Virus record (IMG/VR): IMGVR_UViG_3300013094_000069
Location: 1-52,263 of that record
DNA from: a virus
Lineage: Duplodnaviria; Caudoviricetes
Strand: one strand, 5' to 3'
DNA length: 52,263 bases
The position numbers and the translations under genes are program-made. Numbering within the stretch: position 1 is the stretch's first letter; the number at the start of each line of letters is the position of its first letter. Shown here piece by piece: positions 19,501 to 27,939 of this stretch. The notes beneath the pieces are model-generated. The model was given only the letters and a program-made list of their open reading frames with translations. It was not told the origin of the DNA and searched no databases.

Positions 19501-22019
19501 TTTATAGTATAGTAGTTGCTACCTATGAAGAACTTGGTTATGTTAATACATCAGGGCTTCCAAATGGTTATGCAGTTTTAGTGTCTAGTGACAGTAACAA
19601 TAATGGAAAATGGGCAGTATACACATGGTCTGGAACTGCGTGGTCAACAACTTCTGCAAATGTACAAAGTTACATGACTCCGCTATACTGGAATTATGTT
19701 AACTGGTATGACAGTTCATATGACCCAACAAGAACAGTTAACGTTACAGTTGCTAATCAACTTGATTTTGGAAAACTAACTTTAGAAGCTAACACTTATG
19801 TTAAGGTGTTAAACAATAGTAGCGGAAACTTTGTTGTTTACTACATTGATAGCAAGTTAAATCAAAATTTGGTTGGTATTGAAAACGGTACAATACAAAT
19901 TAGTACAGCTACTATCCCTGCACTTGAATTGAGACAAATTTTACTTGCAGTTCAAACACAGTTGTTGATCAACGACCTAGCCGGCGATTTCAATACTATC
20001 TTCTTCTCGATGATCAAATACGCTCTAACTGAGCAAAAAAATCTTGATTGGGTATTTAAAACCAGCTTCTTAAGTGCAACGCAATATATTCGTAAGCTAG
20101 AACAGTTTACTGCATATATTCCTGATAATCAAAATTATTATTTAGATTATATAGAAGAAGTTAAACCATACCGAACAATCCTAAGAGAATTCGTAGTTGA
20201 CTATATTGGTAACGATCAGTACGGTAGCGATATTACAGACTTTGATTTACCACCTTACTGGGATAAAGACCTACAGGTATATCGTAGTCCTAGCGGCGAA
20301 CAAACTTATGATGCAAACTTATTAAGTACCTCAGGTAGTGTTTACTCACAGTGGTATCAAAACCATACATATTCTGTAACTTCTATTACAGTAGATGAGC
20401 CTGGTACAGGATTTATATTACCACCACAGATTATTATCACTGGCGGCGGCGGATCTGGTGCAACTGCGGTAGCAACACTCAACGGATCAGGCGGAGTTGC
20501 TGCAATTGAAGTGGTTAATCCCGGTGATGGATATACAACAACACCTACTGTTATTATTAACGGAACAGGTACTGGAACAGTGGCACATGCATTACTGCAA
20601 AATGTTTATGAAGGTAATAATGTCGGGCATAACTTAGTTAGAAGTATTTCTACTACTATCAAATTTGATAGAGTTAATTATGCTGAAACAGTTAACTTTG
20701 TATTCTGGGCCAACATTACCTCTGCAAACATTGGTAATACAATTTCTGCAAATAGCGTGATTGTGCTAAACAACGATTTGTATTTGTTAAATTCGCCATA
20801 TACAATTGATTCTGGGTTGGATTTCCCATTAAGTAGTACAACACAGATCAATTCAGAGTATTTTAATAATGCCAATGATAGAATTGTTGCATATAACGGA
20901 TACATAGATTTATCAGCAGTACAAAAGGGAATCACATATCCTGGCGTAATAATTGATGGTAATACGTTCACTGGAAATACCTATGATGCTACAATATCGA
21001 GTTATTATCCAATAACACAAGCAAATATTGTTGGTGGTAATCCAGTTTACAATGCAAACGGTTTATCGCCTGATAGTTTAATTACAAATGCAAACAGCAG
21101 TATCATCATTGATGGTGGTGCATATTATGATTTGTATAACAGTCATAATCCTGAAGAATTAGTACCGGGCATACTGTATGACAGTTTAAACATGAAGGTA
21201 TTTGCTCCAACAACTGGAAACATATCATTTAGAGTATTTAAAGATATGTCTAATGCAGAGTATTATACTAGAATTGCTGCAAACGGAGTAACAACGTTGG
21301 CATCAAATTTGAATATAACAGACAGTAATATTCATGTTACAAGTACTTCAGTATTACCGGATCCTAATCCAGAAAATTCTATACCAGGTATAGTATTCAT
21401 CGACGGAGAAAAAATTACATACTACACAATTGACCGTACACACAATTTACTTGGTCAAATACGTAGAGCAGTAGACGGAACAGGTGCACCTTTAGTACAT
21501 CCTGCAGGTACATTGGTTGCAGACTCAAGTCTACAACAAGCTATTCCTGCCACAACATTTACCTACGCAAATATTGGCGCAAGTTCAGTAACTTATAATG
21601 TTACAGGCAACGTCAGTTATGTTATTAACTTAAGTTCAACGGTAACTGCAAATATTGGCGATTACATAAATCAAATTTTCTCAGCCAATTCATTGGTTTC
21701 TGCTAATTTACGAGTGCTAGGTAATGTAGTAAATTCTAAGAAAGTTCCAGTTATTGTAACACAAGGTGCCATTACAAGTATTGTAGGCAATGTGTTAACT
21801 CATAACAGTTCATCTATTACGGGAAATATTACTTCATCAGCTGTTTTGGGTATGGTATCATCCGTTGGTAACGTAACAGTTGCGGCAAATACAGTTCTTG
21901 CAAAGGCCAATGACTGGTATAGCACTGGATCTGGTACTGCAACAAATGGACTAGGATTAGCCGAAAGTACAACATTAGAAGCACAATTCTTATTGGCTAC
22001 ACCAGGATATACACCATGA
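10557..22019 (+). CDS. giant baseplate wedge/structural protein (gp7-like position, 3820 aa)
   Basis: Uninterrupted 11.4 kb ORF coupled to gp6. N-terminal FLPEVFRT motif, FG-GAP-like beta-propeller repeats (~17300-18450) and GxGY/F-x-x-P-x-I-I-I-x-G repeats (~20370-20590). Confidence 0.65.
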   Translation: MSLVNTINFLPEVFRTSPNQAFLNATMDQLTADSVNTPLNGYIGRTFSPTYKSGDNYVPEINSFRKNYQLEPTVVVKNSDGSVKFKSTYIDLLHNIGSSGGVSNNAQRLFGSESYSYDGKFDYDKFVNYYKYYWLPNGPSAINVYADQVPYTADYTVTRNIANGGYTFSGQGQQPNTPITLARGGTYEFKINQPGFQFWIQNAPGVSGTATGLPTVSTRQIFGVTNNGTDSGTIRFNVPLATAQDFYSGMTIAGPTNGVDAATQEFGYTAIQNKLLSSFLAEYPTGIDGLNNQLAGKNIVFLNTGTNDVDDSFWTTPAVPAGLSSIDISDIRPGYVIPTDTRRNVWTIRLIPVDANNSDYLIQLHPTYTINPSQKIFVRAGLTFASLQFWLNNNYLYTAVPAITAAADYLYYQDSSNPGFFGEIKIVDNVGTPINVTTDILGKKGYTSPNGVIFTNGIKIAFDSTALPSTYANSEYYVDGVGTSISLVPVDQLVVPESFGTQIDVNPDYVTINRSSQDRNAWSRYNRWFHTDALAATATYNQTAIDYGPNIPARRPIIEFNPNLQLFNYGTTALDNVNIVIFSNPVANIVSGGTYTILSVGTTNFVSLGAATNTVGTTFVATRNGSSGDGTGTTTTDAFNQVEGQATATVDGVAVANGQLIVFANDYDINVKNKIWKVVIQVINAVNFITLVNTGTSVTAGTNILALDGGNAGNSYHFDGTNWHTSQEKTVINQAPLFDLVDINGYSFGDTTVYPNSTFAGTKNFGYPVVTSGTNDTILGFPLQYQNFDNIGDIVYKNYYDSDTFSYTENNSTVTVNCNSGYFAVNSGTSVTKENNWVANVEPTEQYQVFTKFFDGTTLTIPESPSIYPVNNTVAAGDYAFIQVDVLPNTTETSIPYVKVSLNNTILTAGTDYNLITFGVYYVVQLMTLPTVGDKIDVQIYSDSVSTLGYYEVPKNLDQNPLNEAFPTITLGQLRTHYTKLIENYSGTTPTQDTYLKSQGGTITTHSSPVIYASTFLNDPTVNFINGITLARKEYNRFKNKFLMLCASLSTLDYSNPVSGVDTILQSINLVKNNSFPWYYSDMVPQGGSYSTITYNILNANQTQYEINSLFDNTVLSNRAVLVYLNNVQLTVNIDYTFSQVTPSINITKALTVGDVLTIRDYSNTDGNYIPETPSKLGLYPTFVPSIYVDNTYLKPTTVILGHDGSKTPAFGDFRDQYLLELERRIYNNIKTDYSTNEIDRYDIIPGRFRKTDYSLSEFTQLLTQNFLQWSGANRVDYSTNSWYNANNPWAWNYAYSPDTIDGSKLQGYWRAVYQYFYDTDTPNISPWEMLGFGSAPSWWITRYGPAPYTKGNSTLWDDLEAGYIWNNGSPYNDKRFARPGLSKIIPVDNYGNLLDPSAIPLSTQTLNGYSSADFAVGHQGPVETAWRNSSDFPYALQQAFALAKPAQYFSTQIDTSLLYKNPITEQFSTVNNNKINPMVLNVNGDSTSGTTKRTSGYINWIGDSIKNLGIDPVSVLNNYFSNFFVQLSYKVGGFTDKKILTVSAEQTTPSSTNAGVIIPDENYKIYLSKSVPISTATYSAVIVEKTLSGYSVSGYDLGNPFFTIIPSSINNNNTLLTSNGVSAPIYRDSSNTMSSVAYGTEFANVQQVVDFLVSYQRYLSLQGFVFTEYNTDLQRQQDFVLSAEEFLYWSQQGWGSGTIIVLNPITTSLELVSSYTVVDEITNDVNGSRLADQNFNPIRTHVVSVLRDSVFLAEYNNPWNVFKLTVVDGTSVCFAKFNLVQYEHTLLFDNVDDFGDIIYVPSQGTRQFRLKLSGHKTGAWTGMLSAPGYVYSNPTILQFKTDYDYKMGDIVEFGSNYYTAPMDIPASDKFNITQWTPILASDIQTGLLPSLGYNAQKFENYYDVDVPPQEEDLQLYSAGLIGFRERPYLTDLGITIPNQTKFYQGYIKQKGSLNSILALTKADFENVQSSITTYEEWAFLAGKYGDLNQIQFNEFILDQSVFTTNPVAFTYSPTYATGNILVDLSSANIYNSSNLSSSITSIYDNRTDNKYITDLPTAGFVNFNDINSTLFNIADATPADVLNIGVGHKLWVAKNSSDNWDVLRVTETNLVATTLAYTLNSYAQLIFNGAHAFEAGDSLVLTNFNTTYGNYNGVYSVISVPNSVSVIINISPAAGNNLLYLVQNSPVTATGTVYSLDSLVTNSFANVTALKPLNGWRDNDRLWVNNATKNGWGVYTYSRPWLANAVTHLTANTAVSNSFFGNVVKINHHNDTIYVGNPIRGNVQSFANVNGTYTASTTLSNANPTFGYGIASKGNITVVSAPQVGNVHVYYNNSHVQMIHSPNASGQFGYSISMSDDQHWLYVSEPVSDYIQAYWTANVDSTVNYTSVASIHCGVNNFIQTVVTNGNGNILIAGSPVSSSPSQSINGNVYVYKQSGSGLTATYTLSQTITSQYQNKNAGFGYSIAVDYTGGNVFIGAPGSTQSGVLAGQIERYVLNSGTYSFKEYIAHPFGNVSASNFGATVAVNGPGNLVVVSATGAKGHEETTFDNNLLLIDEGSTIFVDAVYHSGAAYIYEPIIDQTISNNLGNFTFTQELESQVITGDQFGYAVDVSYGTIAVTSPGANHNSGNVEIFHNPNQLPVWTLTRSETPQVDIDTVNRTFIYNKTNNNILAALDYIDPKKGKLLNAIDKDIDFKLENDPAVYNAGSSATNTDIHWGPTQVGRIWWDLSSVRYVEYEQDELIYRLTNWGSTFPGSKINVYQWVESTVLPSQYVNNGGTGTPLHPKDTEYCTYGYVDQVGNVHLTYYFWVTNLDTVYPGKTNSVISIIAGIENPQSQGIPYSTVLRDDTVALYNVNNLLTGQNSVVHLEKRTVDSGLIHSEYALVQEGNPASQIPNVLLSKLIDSLSGEDAAGNLVPDPALTPAQAYGISIKPRQGMFINNQLALTNYIQLVNKVLASYPIAERKVLTLMNSSEPIPAANSGVYSIVVATYEELGYVNTSGLPNGYAVLVSSDSNNNGKWAVYTWSGTAWSTTSANVQSYMTPLYWNYVNWYDSSYDPTRTVNVTVANQLDFGKLTLEANTYVKVLNNSSGNFVVYYIDSKLNQNLVGIENGTIQISTATIPALELRQILLAVQTQLLINDLAGDFNTIFFSMIKYALTEQKNLDWVFKTSFLSATQYIRKLEQFTAYIPDNQNYYLDYIEEVKPYRTILREFVVDYIGNDQYGSDITDFDLPPYWDKDLQVYRSPSGEQTYDANLLSTSGSVYSQWYQNHTYSVTSITVDEPGTGFILPPQIIITGGGGSGATAVATLNGSGGVAAIEVVNPGDGYTTTPTVIINGTGTGTVAHALLQNVYEGNNVGHNLVRSISTTIKFDRVNYAETVNFVFWANITSANIGNTISANSVIVLNNDLYLLNSPYTIDSGLDFPLSSTTQINSEYFNNANDRIVAYNGYIDLSAVQKGITYPGVIIDGNTFTGNTYDATISSYYPITQANIVGGNPVYNANGLSPDSLITNANSSIIIDGGAYYDLYNSHNPEELVPGILYDSLNMKVFAPTTGNISFRVFKDMSNAEYYTRIAANGVTTLASNLNITDSNIHVTSTSVLPDPNPENSIPGIVFIDGEKITYYTIDRTHNLLGQIRRAVDGTGAPLVHPAGTLVADSSLQQAIPATTFTYANIGASSVTYNVTGNVSYVINLSSTVTANIGDYINQIFSANSLVSANLRVLGNVVNSKKVPVIVTQGAITSIVGNVLTHNSSSITGNITSSAVLGMVSSVGNVTVAANTVLAKANDWYSTGSGTATNGLGLAESTTLEAQFLLATPGYTP

Positions 22020-22723
22020 TAAATACTGATACAGCGAAATCGCAGAATCAAAATACCAATAAACAAGAGGAAAAAGCAGTGGAAAATAAACAAAAACGTC
22101 CAAATGAATCGTCGGGAGTTTACGTGCGAGGACATATTAAAATCTTTGATCCAGTATCCAAAGAAGTTTTTATTGATAAATCAAACGCAATCCACTATGA
22201 AAACTTTTCAATTGCATTGGCTAATAGTATTGCAGATAAATCGCAGAACTTTATCTATGAAATGAATTTTGGCAATGGCGGTACTAGTGTAGACCCTACA
22301 GGTATTATCACGTATTTGCCTACTAACACAGTGGGACAAAATAGTAATTTATACAATCCAACATACGCAAAAATTGTTGATGATACTAGTGCTGCAAATA
22401 TTGATCCTACAAATAATAAAATGACTGTAAGTCATATTCCTGGAACTGTTTATACAGATATTTTAGTAACTTGTTTGCTTGACTATGGTGAGCCATCGGG
22501 GCAGGCTGCATTTGATAATAGTCAACAGTTAAACAGTGAATATGTATTTGATGAACTAGGTTTACGTGGTCGTAGTACGGATGGTACAGTTGGTTTACTA
22601 TCAACTGGGCTACTACTAACACACGTGGTATTCCACCCAGTGCAAAAAGCGTTAAATCGACTAATTCAAATTGATTATACTGTACGTATTCAAACTTTAA
22701 CAAACTTAAGTTCAATCGGGTAA
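22016..22723 (+). CDS. virion structural protein (baseplate/fibre attachment)
   Basis: GHIKIFD...NAIHYEN...FGNGGT...YVFDELGL...LLTHVVFHPVQKALNR, located between the wedge and fibre genes. The true start may be GTG at 22079 (GAGGA upstream). Confidence 0.6.
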   Translation: MINTDTAKSQNQNTNKQEEKAVENKQKRPNESSGVYVRGHIKIFDPVSKEVFIDKSNAIHYENFSIALANSIADKSQNFIYEMNFGNGGTSVDPTGIITYLPTNTVGQNSNLYNPTYAKIVDDTSAANIDPTNNKMTVSHIPGTVYTDILVTCLLDYGEPSGQAAFDNSQQLNSEYVFDELGLRGRSTDGTVGLLSTGLLLTHVVFHPVQKALNRLIQIDYTVRIQTLTNLSSIG

Positions 22724-22729
22724 TAAACT

Positions 22730-24628
22730 ATGTCATATATTATTAATAAAACCGACGGTACAGTATTAACAACAATACTTGATGGGACAACAAATACCAA
22801 CACAGGACTAACCTTAATTGGTAGAAACTATACTAGTTATGGTCAAGTACAAAATGATAATTTTGTACGCCTACTAGAAAATTTTGCTGATACAGAAAGT
22901 CCAGATTTAACTTTAGCCGCAACACCGTTGACTGGTACATTATGGTGGAACACGAATACCACAGATAATACTAAACCAATTGGTCCACGTATGTATGTTT
23001 ACAATGGCGCAGAGTGGATTCCATTGAGTGAACGTACTGTAGCCAGTACAGCACCTAGTGTAGTTAAAACCGGTGACCAATGGTGGGACAGCGTTAACCA
23101 GCAGTTAAATGTTTGGTCTGGTACTGCTTGGATATTGGTTGGTCCGACAAACTCTGCAGGACAAGGAAAGTCTGGTGTTTATATTGAAGAATTTGTTGAT
23201 GTTAGTTCAACTTCACATCAAGTTATAACAACATATTCTGGTGGTACACTAATAAGTGTACAAAGTACTGGCGCATTTAATCTTGCTCCCGCAAACCCTA
23301 ATTATGCATTAGGATTTGGTAATATTGTGCTGGGTATTAACATTAGCAGTACATCGTATTTCAACGGTACAGCCAATAATGCAATAACATTAGACAGTTT
23401 AACACCAAGTCAGTTTGCAAGAGTTGATCAAGACACAGCATTTGGAAATAACGTAAGTATTGCAAAAACATTAAGCGTACAAACATCAAATATTTCAGTT
23501 GACACTGGCCACAACTTATTAATAAAAAATACAAGTCTTGGCGCTAATATTGTTTTTAGTCTTAACACACCCGGTGGTTATATAAACGGACTAACAATTG
23601 ACAACAGTGGTAATTTAATTGCTAGTTCAACACCGGTTATTCCAACACATGTTACAAATAAACAATATGTTGACAATCAAGTTGCGTATGTGCAATCGTC
23701 TGTAACCGACATACAAAATTCTTTATCAAGCGATATCAATCAGGCTATTCAAGATTATGTTGATAAGATTAACCAAGCTTCTGCCGCGGCCGCGGCCGCA
23801 ACTGCTGCTGCTAGTGCTGCCGCTTCTACTGCTATTAGCAGTACCAATACAACTGTAAGCACCGGATTTAATGCATTAAATTCAAACGTTTATACAGTAC
23901 AACAACAAGTAACTAATTTGGATAATTATGTTGCAAATCTTGCACCTGTAAATAATCCAACATTCACTGGTTATCCATCAGTACCAACACCGCCGGCTAT
24001 TGCTGCATACTTTGGCGGAACGATTGAGTATCAACTTTTATTATCGCATTCAGTAAACACAACTATTGGTCAAACTATTACTCAATATAATACCAGCGAT
24101 AATTCTATTATTGCAACATGGACTGTGGCACAAAGTCGTGGGGACAATCAAATTGTTGCTACACTGGCTACTGGTAGTATTAATCAGTCAATTACAAACA
24201 ACGTAGCAATTAATGGTACATTGGTTAGCCCGCCATTGAGCATTACTAACATTGCGTACTTAGGTCCAAATTTAACTTACAATGGATTAGGCGATAATAG
24301 TTCACGCATTGCACCAACAGCTTATGTTGATATTACTGCTAATATTTTACATACTGATTATAATAATCTGGTTAACGCTGCAAATGCACATGCAACTACT
24401 CTTATTAATTCAATATCAACTACAGGCTTTGCGTTAAATGCAAATCCAACATTCTCAGGCACTACATACGCTCCAACACCAAATTCAGGGGATAATAGTA
24501 ATAAAATTGCAACTACAGCCTTTGTTAGTGCGGCAGTTGCGGCCACACAAGTACCATACACAGTTAGTCAAAGCGTCCCTGGACCTTCAGATGGTGTTAA
24601 TGGACAAGTTTGGTTTGTAGTAGGATAA
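22730..24628 (+). CDS. tail fibre protein 1
   Basis: N-terminal baseplate-attachment domain shared with the 25631 and 27940 proteins. Contains HVTNKQYVD and NPTFSGTTYAPTP...KIATTAFV fibre repeats and ends in a GQVWF motif. Confidence 0.75.
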   Translation: MSYIINKTDGTVLTTILDGTTNTNTGLTLIGRNYTSYGQVQNDNFVRLLENFADTESPDLTLAATPLTGTLWWNTNTTDNTKPIGPRMYVYNGAEWIPLSERTVASTAPSVVKTGDQWWDSVNQQLNVWSGTAWILVGPTNSAGQGKSGVYIEEFVDVSSTSHQVITTYSGGTLISVQSTGAFNLAPANPNYALGFGNIVLGINISSTSYFNGTANNAITLDSLTPSQFARVDQDTAFGNNVSIAKTLSVQTSNISVDTGHNLLIKNTSLGANIVFSLNTPGGYINGLTIDNSGNLIASSTPVIPTHVTNKQYVDNQVAYVQSSVTDIQNSLSSDINQAIQDYVDKINQASAAAAAATAAASAAASTAISSTNTTVSTGFNALNSNVYTVQQQVTNLDNYVANLAPVNNPTFTGYPSVPTPPAIAAYFGGTIEYQLLLSHSVNTTIGQTITQYNTSDNSIIATWTVAQSRGDNQIVATLATGSINQSITNNVAINGTLVSPPLSITNIAYLGPNLTYNGLGDNSSRIAPTAYVDITANILHTDYNNLVNAANAHATTLINSISTTGFALNANPTFSGTTYAPTPNSGDNSNKIATTAFVSAAVAATQVPYTVSQSVPGPSDGVNGQVWFVVG

Positions 24629-24631
24629 TTA

Positions 24632-25588
24632 ATGGCATCATCTAATAGAAATATATTAGTTAAACAAAACGGAATATGGGTTCCTTATGTGCAGACTTAC
24701 GGCAACGTAAATGGAACAACCAGCAAAGTAAAAGCTGTTTACGCTAAACAAGAAGGTGTCTGGAATCAATGTTGGCCTCCTACTGGCAATCAAGGGTTTG
24801 GAACACCAGGGCATTATACTTGGACAGCACCATCTTACATAACTGAAGTAACCGTGATATTAATTGGCGGTGGCGGTGGTGGTGGGGCTGGAATAAGTGG
24901 ACCCAATGGTGGAGGTGGTGGAGGTGGTGGTGGAGCCATTTTAAAAACAACATTACCATTAACTGGCGGAGCTACATATAATATTATAGTAGGTGCCGGG
25001 GGCACAGGCGCTGCGCCAAACAGCGGATTAGCTGGTACAACCGGCGGAATCAGCAGTTTTTCGGGATCTGAAGCAACATTAGTCGCTGGTGGTGGCGGAG
25101 GCGGTGGCGGGGTACACCAACAAGCACCAAGTCCTGGCCAAAATGCCAGTGGTGGAGGCGGAGCTTCCAGTCAAGATACTGGCACACAACAAGGAGCAAC
25201 TGGAGTCACAAATGGTGGATCTGGATGGACAAATAATCGTTGGGATGCCGGCGGCGGTGGAGGCGGCAGTAATTTTGATGGTTTAAGTGGTCACGATGGC
25301 GGAACTGCTAATAATATTCCGGGAGCCGGAGGAGCAGGGTCAAACTTAACATTTAACGATGCTAACGGGGTGTCTAATACATTACCATTTGCTGGCGGTG
25401 GCGCTGGAGGATACTGGGATTTCAATAATAATACCAGTGTGCAATCTCTTGCTAATGTTGCTGGCGGAATAGGCGGAGGCGGAGGCCCCGGAAAAGATGG
25501 ATCTGCTTATGGTGCAGGTGGCGGTGGAAATGCACAAGCAGGTCGCTGCGGGGACGGATATTCTGGAGTAGTGTATTTGTTCTGGTAA
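24632..25588 (+). CDS. glycine-rich adhesin/fibre tip protein
   Basis: Short N-terminal attachment segment (VKQNGIW...AKQEGVW) followed by multiple GGGGG runs (polyglycine sandwich type). Confidence 0.65.
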   Translation: MASSNRNILVKQNGIWVPYVQTYGNVNGTTSKVKAVYAKQEGVWNQCWPPTGNQGFGTPGHYTWTAPSYITEVTVILIGGGGGGGAGISGPNGGGGGGGGGAILKTTLPLTGGATYNIIVGAGGTGAAPNSGLAGTTGGISSFSGSEATLVAGGGGGGGGVHQQAPSPGQNASGGGGASSQDTGTQQGATGVTNGGSGWTNNRWDAGGGGGGSNFDGLSGHDGGTANNIPGAGGAGSNLTFNDANGVSNTLPFAGGGAGGYWDFNNNTSVQSLANVAGGIGGGGGPGKDGSAYGAGGGGNAQAGRCGDGYSGVVYLFW

Positions 25589-25605
25589 AATATCAATAAT
25601 TTTAG

Positions 25606-25612
25606 ATAAGTA
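25606..25612 (+). promoter_or_regulatory. late promoter box variant ATAAGTA
   Basis: Intergenic, ~19 nt before the ATG at 25631. The same variant occurs at 30109-30115. Confidence 0.45.
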
Positions 25613-25630
25613 TAGTAAAGAGAAACAAAT

Positions 25631-27919
25631 ATGTCATATAACATTTTAAAAACCGACGGTACACTATTAACTACAATTCAAGACGGATTTCTCGACAGTA
25701 CAACATCATTGTCGCTACCAGGTCCTGATTATGTGGGGTATGGTCAATATTTAAATGAAAATTTAGTATACTTACTTGAAAATTTTGCAGGAAATAACCA
25801 TCCATCTGGACAAAGTATTGAAGGTCAACTGTGGTGGGACAAATATAATAAAATTTTAAATGTTTATAATGGTGTTAACTATACACCTGTAGCAGGAACT
25901 GTTGTATCATCGCTTACTCCTGCTGTACCAACAGACGGAATGATTTGGTACAATACAAACACAGGACAACTATCTTTATACCACGTTACTAGTCAAAATC
26001 CAGCTGGATGGAATGTGATTGGACCTCAAGTACAAGCGGCATTCCCTGTAACAATCGGTGATGCAAGCATAAGCGCAGTAAATCATAATATCATTGAGTT
26101 ACAAGCACAAGGGCAAACAATTGCTATTTTAAGTAGTGATGCACAATTTAGTCCAAGCCCTCCAATATACGGATTTCCTGTAATCTCTCCGGGTATTACA
26201 TTTGCTAACTCAATTCAAAATGCTGCTTTCCGTGGAACAATCACTGGTAATGTAGCAAGTTTACAAGGTACTAATCCTGTAGTAGTTGATACTTCTAAAT
26301 CTGTTGCGGTATTTACGGGCAATCTAGTAGGAAATGTAGCCGGTGGTAATATAACTGGTGGAATAATCAGCGGAACACACACAGGTACATTCACAGGAAC
26401 AACTGTTGCTGGTACTGTAGTAACTGCATCAACATCGGTGCAAACACCAACAGTTACAGCAGGAACAATTAATGCCGCTACTATTGGTAATTCAGGTGCT
26501 GTACTTTACGGTACATTGAATTCATCTAGTGCTGCTCAAACAAATATTACTAGTTTAGGTACGCTAACTGGTTTAACTGTTGGTACGTCTGGTTCGCCTG
26601 CAACTACAAATTTTTATGGGTCAGCATACCTAAACGGCGTTGCTATTGCAACACAAGGCGGAAGTGCAAGTTTTACATCAATTAATAACACACCAATTGG
26701 TAGCATCCAGCCAAGTACTGGCGGGTTTACATCAATTATTGCCAGCGGTGATATTTCTAGTGCAACAATTGGTGGAGTAACACAACCAAGCGCAACTTTA
26801 ACTAACTTAACAGTTAACGGAACACTTACGGCCACTGCCGGATCAGCAAGTTTTGGTTCATTATCTGCAACAACAGTTAACGGTGGCACAATTGGTAAAA
26901 CTGATGGTACCAGTGCAATCATTGGACAAATAAGCTCAACTAGTGCAGTACAAAATAATATTACACAATTACCTACCTTAACCAAAGTTGGGACTTTAAC
27001 TGCTGGATCATTAGGCACAGGATTCGGGGTAGTTCAGCCGGCGCAAGGCGGAACTGGTATAGCAAATACATACACACTAACAGTCACTGGCGCAAACAGA
27101 ACACTTAACCAAGATGTATCAAGTGGTGCTGCACCTGCATTTGTTGGTACTAATTTCAGTAGTATACCAGCATCTGCTATCACAGGGTTAGGTTCGTCAA
27201 GCGGCACAATTACTGGTATACAGGTTAACAATCTAGTAAGTGGATTAAATGTTTATGTTAATGCAGGGATAAGTGGCACAGGAACTAGCGTTAGCTCGGG
27301 CGTAGCGACAATTTCATTGAGCGGTACAATAACACCAGCAACTGCAACTAGTTCTGCACTTGGTATAGTTAAACCAGACAATAGTACAATTACTATTAGT
27401 AACGGTGTTTTAAGTGCGGTCCAAGCGTCAGGCATGACTAATGCAACGAGTACTGTTTTTATTGGATCTATCAACAATGGCACACAAAGTACAAATACAA
27501 TGTACAATGTGTCAGTTACTAATCAACTGTCTATGCCAAACAGTCAAAGCTGGAACTCTAGTGTATTAACTTGTCAAGCAATACACTCATACGGAGATAT
27601 TACTGCATTTTACAGTTCATCTGATGTAAGATTAAAAGAAAATCTTACACCTATAACAGGTGCATTAGACAAAGCGTTACAACTTGCTGGTTACCACTAC
27701 AATTATATTGGTAAGACTGATAAATTAGTTGGCTTGTTAGCCGGCGATGTACTAAAAGTATTGCCTGAAGCCACATACGAATTTACACCTCCTGGCATTG
27801 AAGAAGACAAAGAAAATCCATATATGGCGGTACGTTATGATTTAATGGTACCATTGTTGTTAGAAGCAATTAAGGAATTAAATGCCAAGGTAGAAGAACT
27901 GCAAGCAAAAGTAAAATAA
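25631..27919 (+). CDS. tail fibre protein 2 with C-terminal intramolecular chaperone (peptidase S74)
   Basis: Shared fibre N-terminus and Thr/Gly/Ser-rich shaft. C-terminal SSDVRLKEN...GLLAGDV...LPEA...VRYDLMVPLLLEAIKEL is the S74 signature. Confidence 0.85.
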   Translation: MSYNILKTDGTLLTTIQDGFLDSTTSLSLPGPDYVGYGQYLNENLVYLLENFAGNNHPSGQSIEGQLWWDKYNKILNVYNGVNYTPVAGTVVSSLTPAVPTDGMIWYNTNTGQLSLYHVTSQNPAGWNVIGPQVQAAFPVTIGDASISAVNHNIIELQAQGQTIAILSSDAQFSPSPPIYGFPVISPGITFANSIQNAAFRGTITGNVASLQGTNPVVVDTSKSVAVFTGNLVGNVAGGNITGGIISGTHTGTFTGTTVAGTVVTASTSVQTPTVTAGTINAATIGNSGAVLYGTLNSSSAAQTNITSLGTLTGLTVGTSGSPATTNFYGSAYLNGVAIATQGGSASFTSINNTPIGSIQPSTGGFTSIIASGDISSATIGGVTQPSATLTNLTVNGTLTATAGSASFGSLSATTVNGGTIGKTDGTSAIIGQISSTSAVQNNITQLPTLTKVGTLTAGSLGTGFGVVQPAQGGTGIANTYTLTVTGANRTLNQDVSSGAAPAFVGTNFSSIPASAITGLGSSSGTITGIQVNNLVSGLNVYVNAGISGTGTSVSSGVATISLSGTITPATATSSALGIVKPDNSTITISNGVLSAVQASGMTNATSTVFIGSINNGTQSTNTMYNVSVTNQLSMPNSQSWNSSVLTCQAIHSYGDITAFYSSSDVRLKENLTPITGALDKALQLAGYHYNYIGKTDKLVGLLAGDVLKVLPEATYEFTPPGIEEDKENPYMAVRYDLMVPLLLEAIKELNAKVEELQAKVK

Positions 27920-27922
27920 ATA
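27916..27922 (+). promoter_or_regulatory. late promoter box ATAAATA
   Basis: Overlaps the stop of fibre 2 and lies ~18 nt before the fibre 3 ATG, with GGA in between. Confidence 0.5.
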
Positions 27923-27939
27923 CACAAACGGAATAACAA

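Noticed and set aside
1135-22723. Bacterial T6SS/eCIS/tailocin locus
   Set aside because: The gp55-like sigma, TAAATA late boxes, T4-like gp25/gp6 order and multiple fibres indicate a lytic phage. No T6SS membrane complex or ATPase is present.
23780-23830. GC-rich gccgcggccgcggccgca tract as a regulatory or recombination site
   Set aside because: Explained by a poly-Ala stretch in a coiled-coil segment of fibre 1.
24865-25530. ggtggtgga/ggcggt repeats as a CRISPR array or VNTR
   Set aside because: These are glycine codon runs of the adhesin, with no constant repeat-spacer structure.
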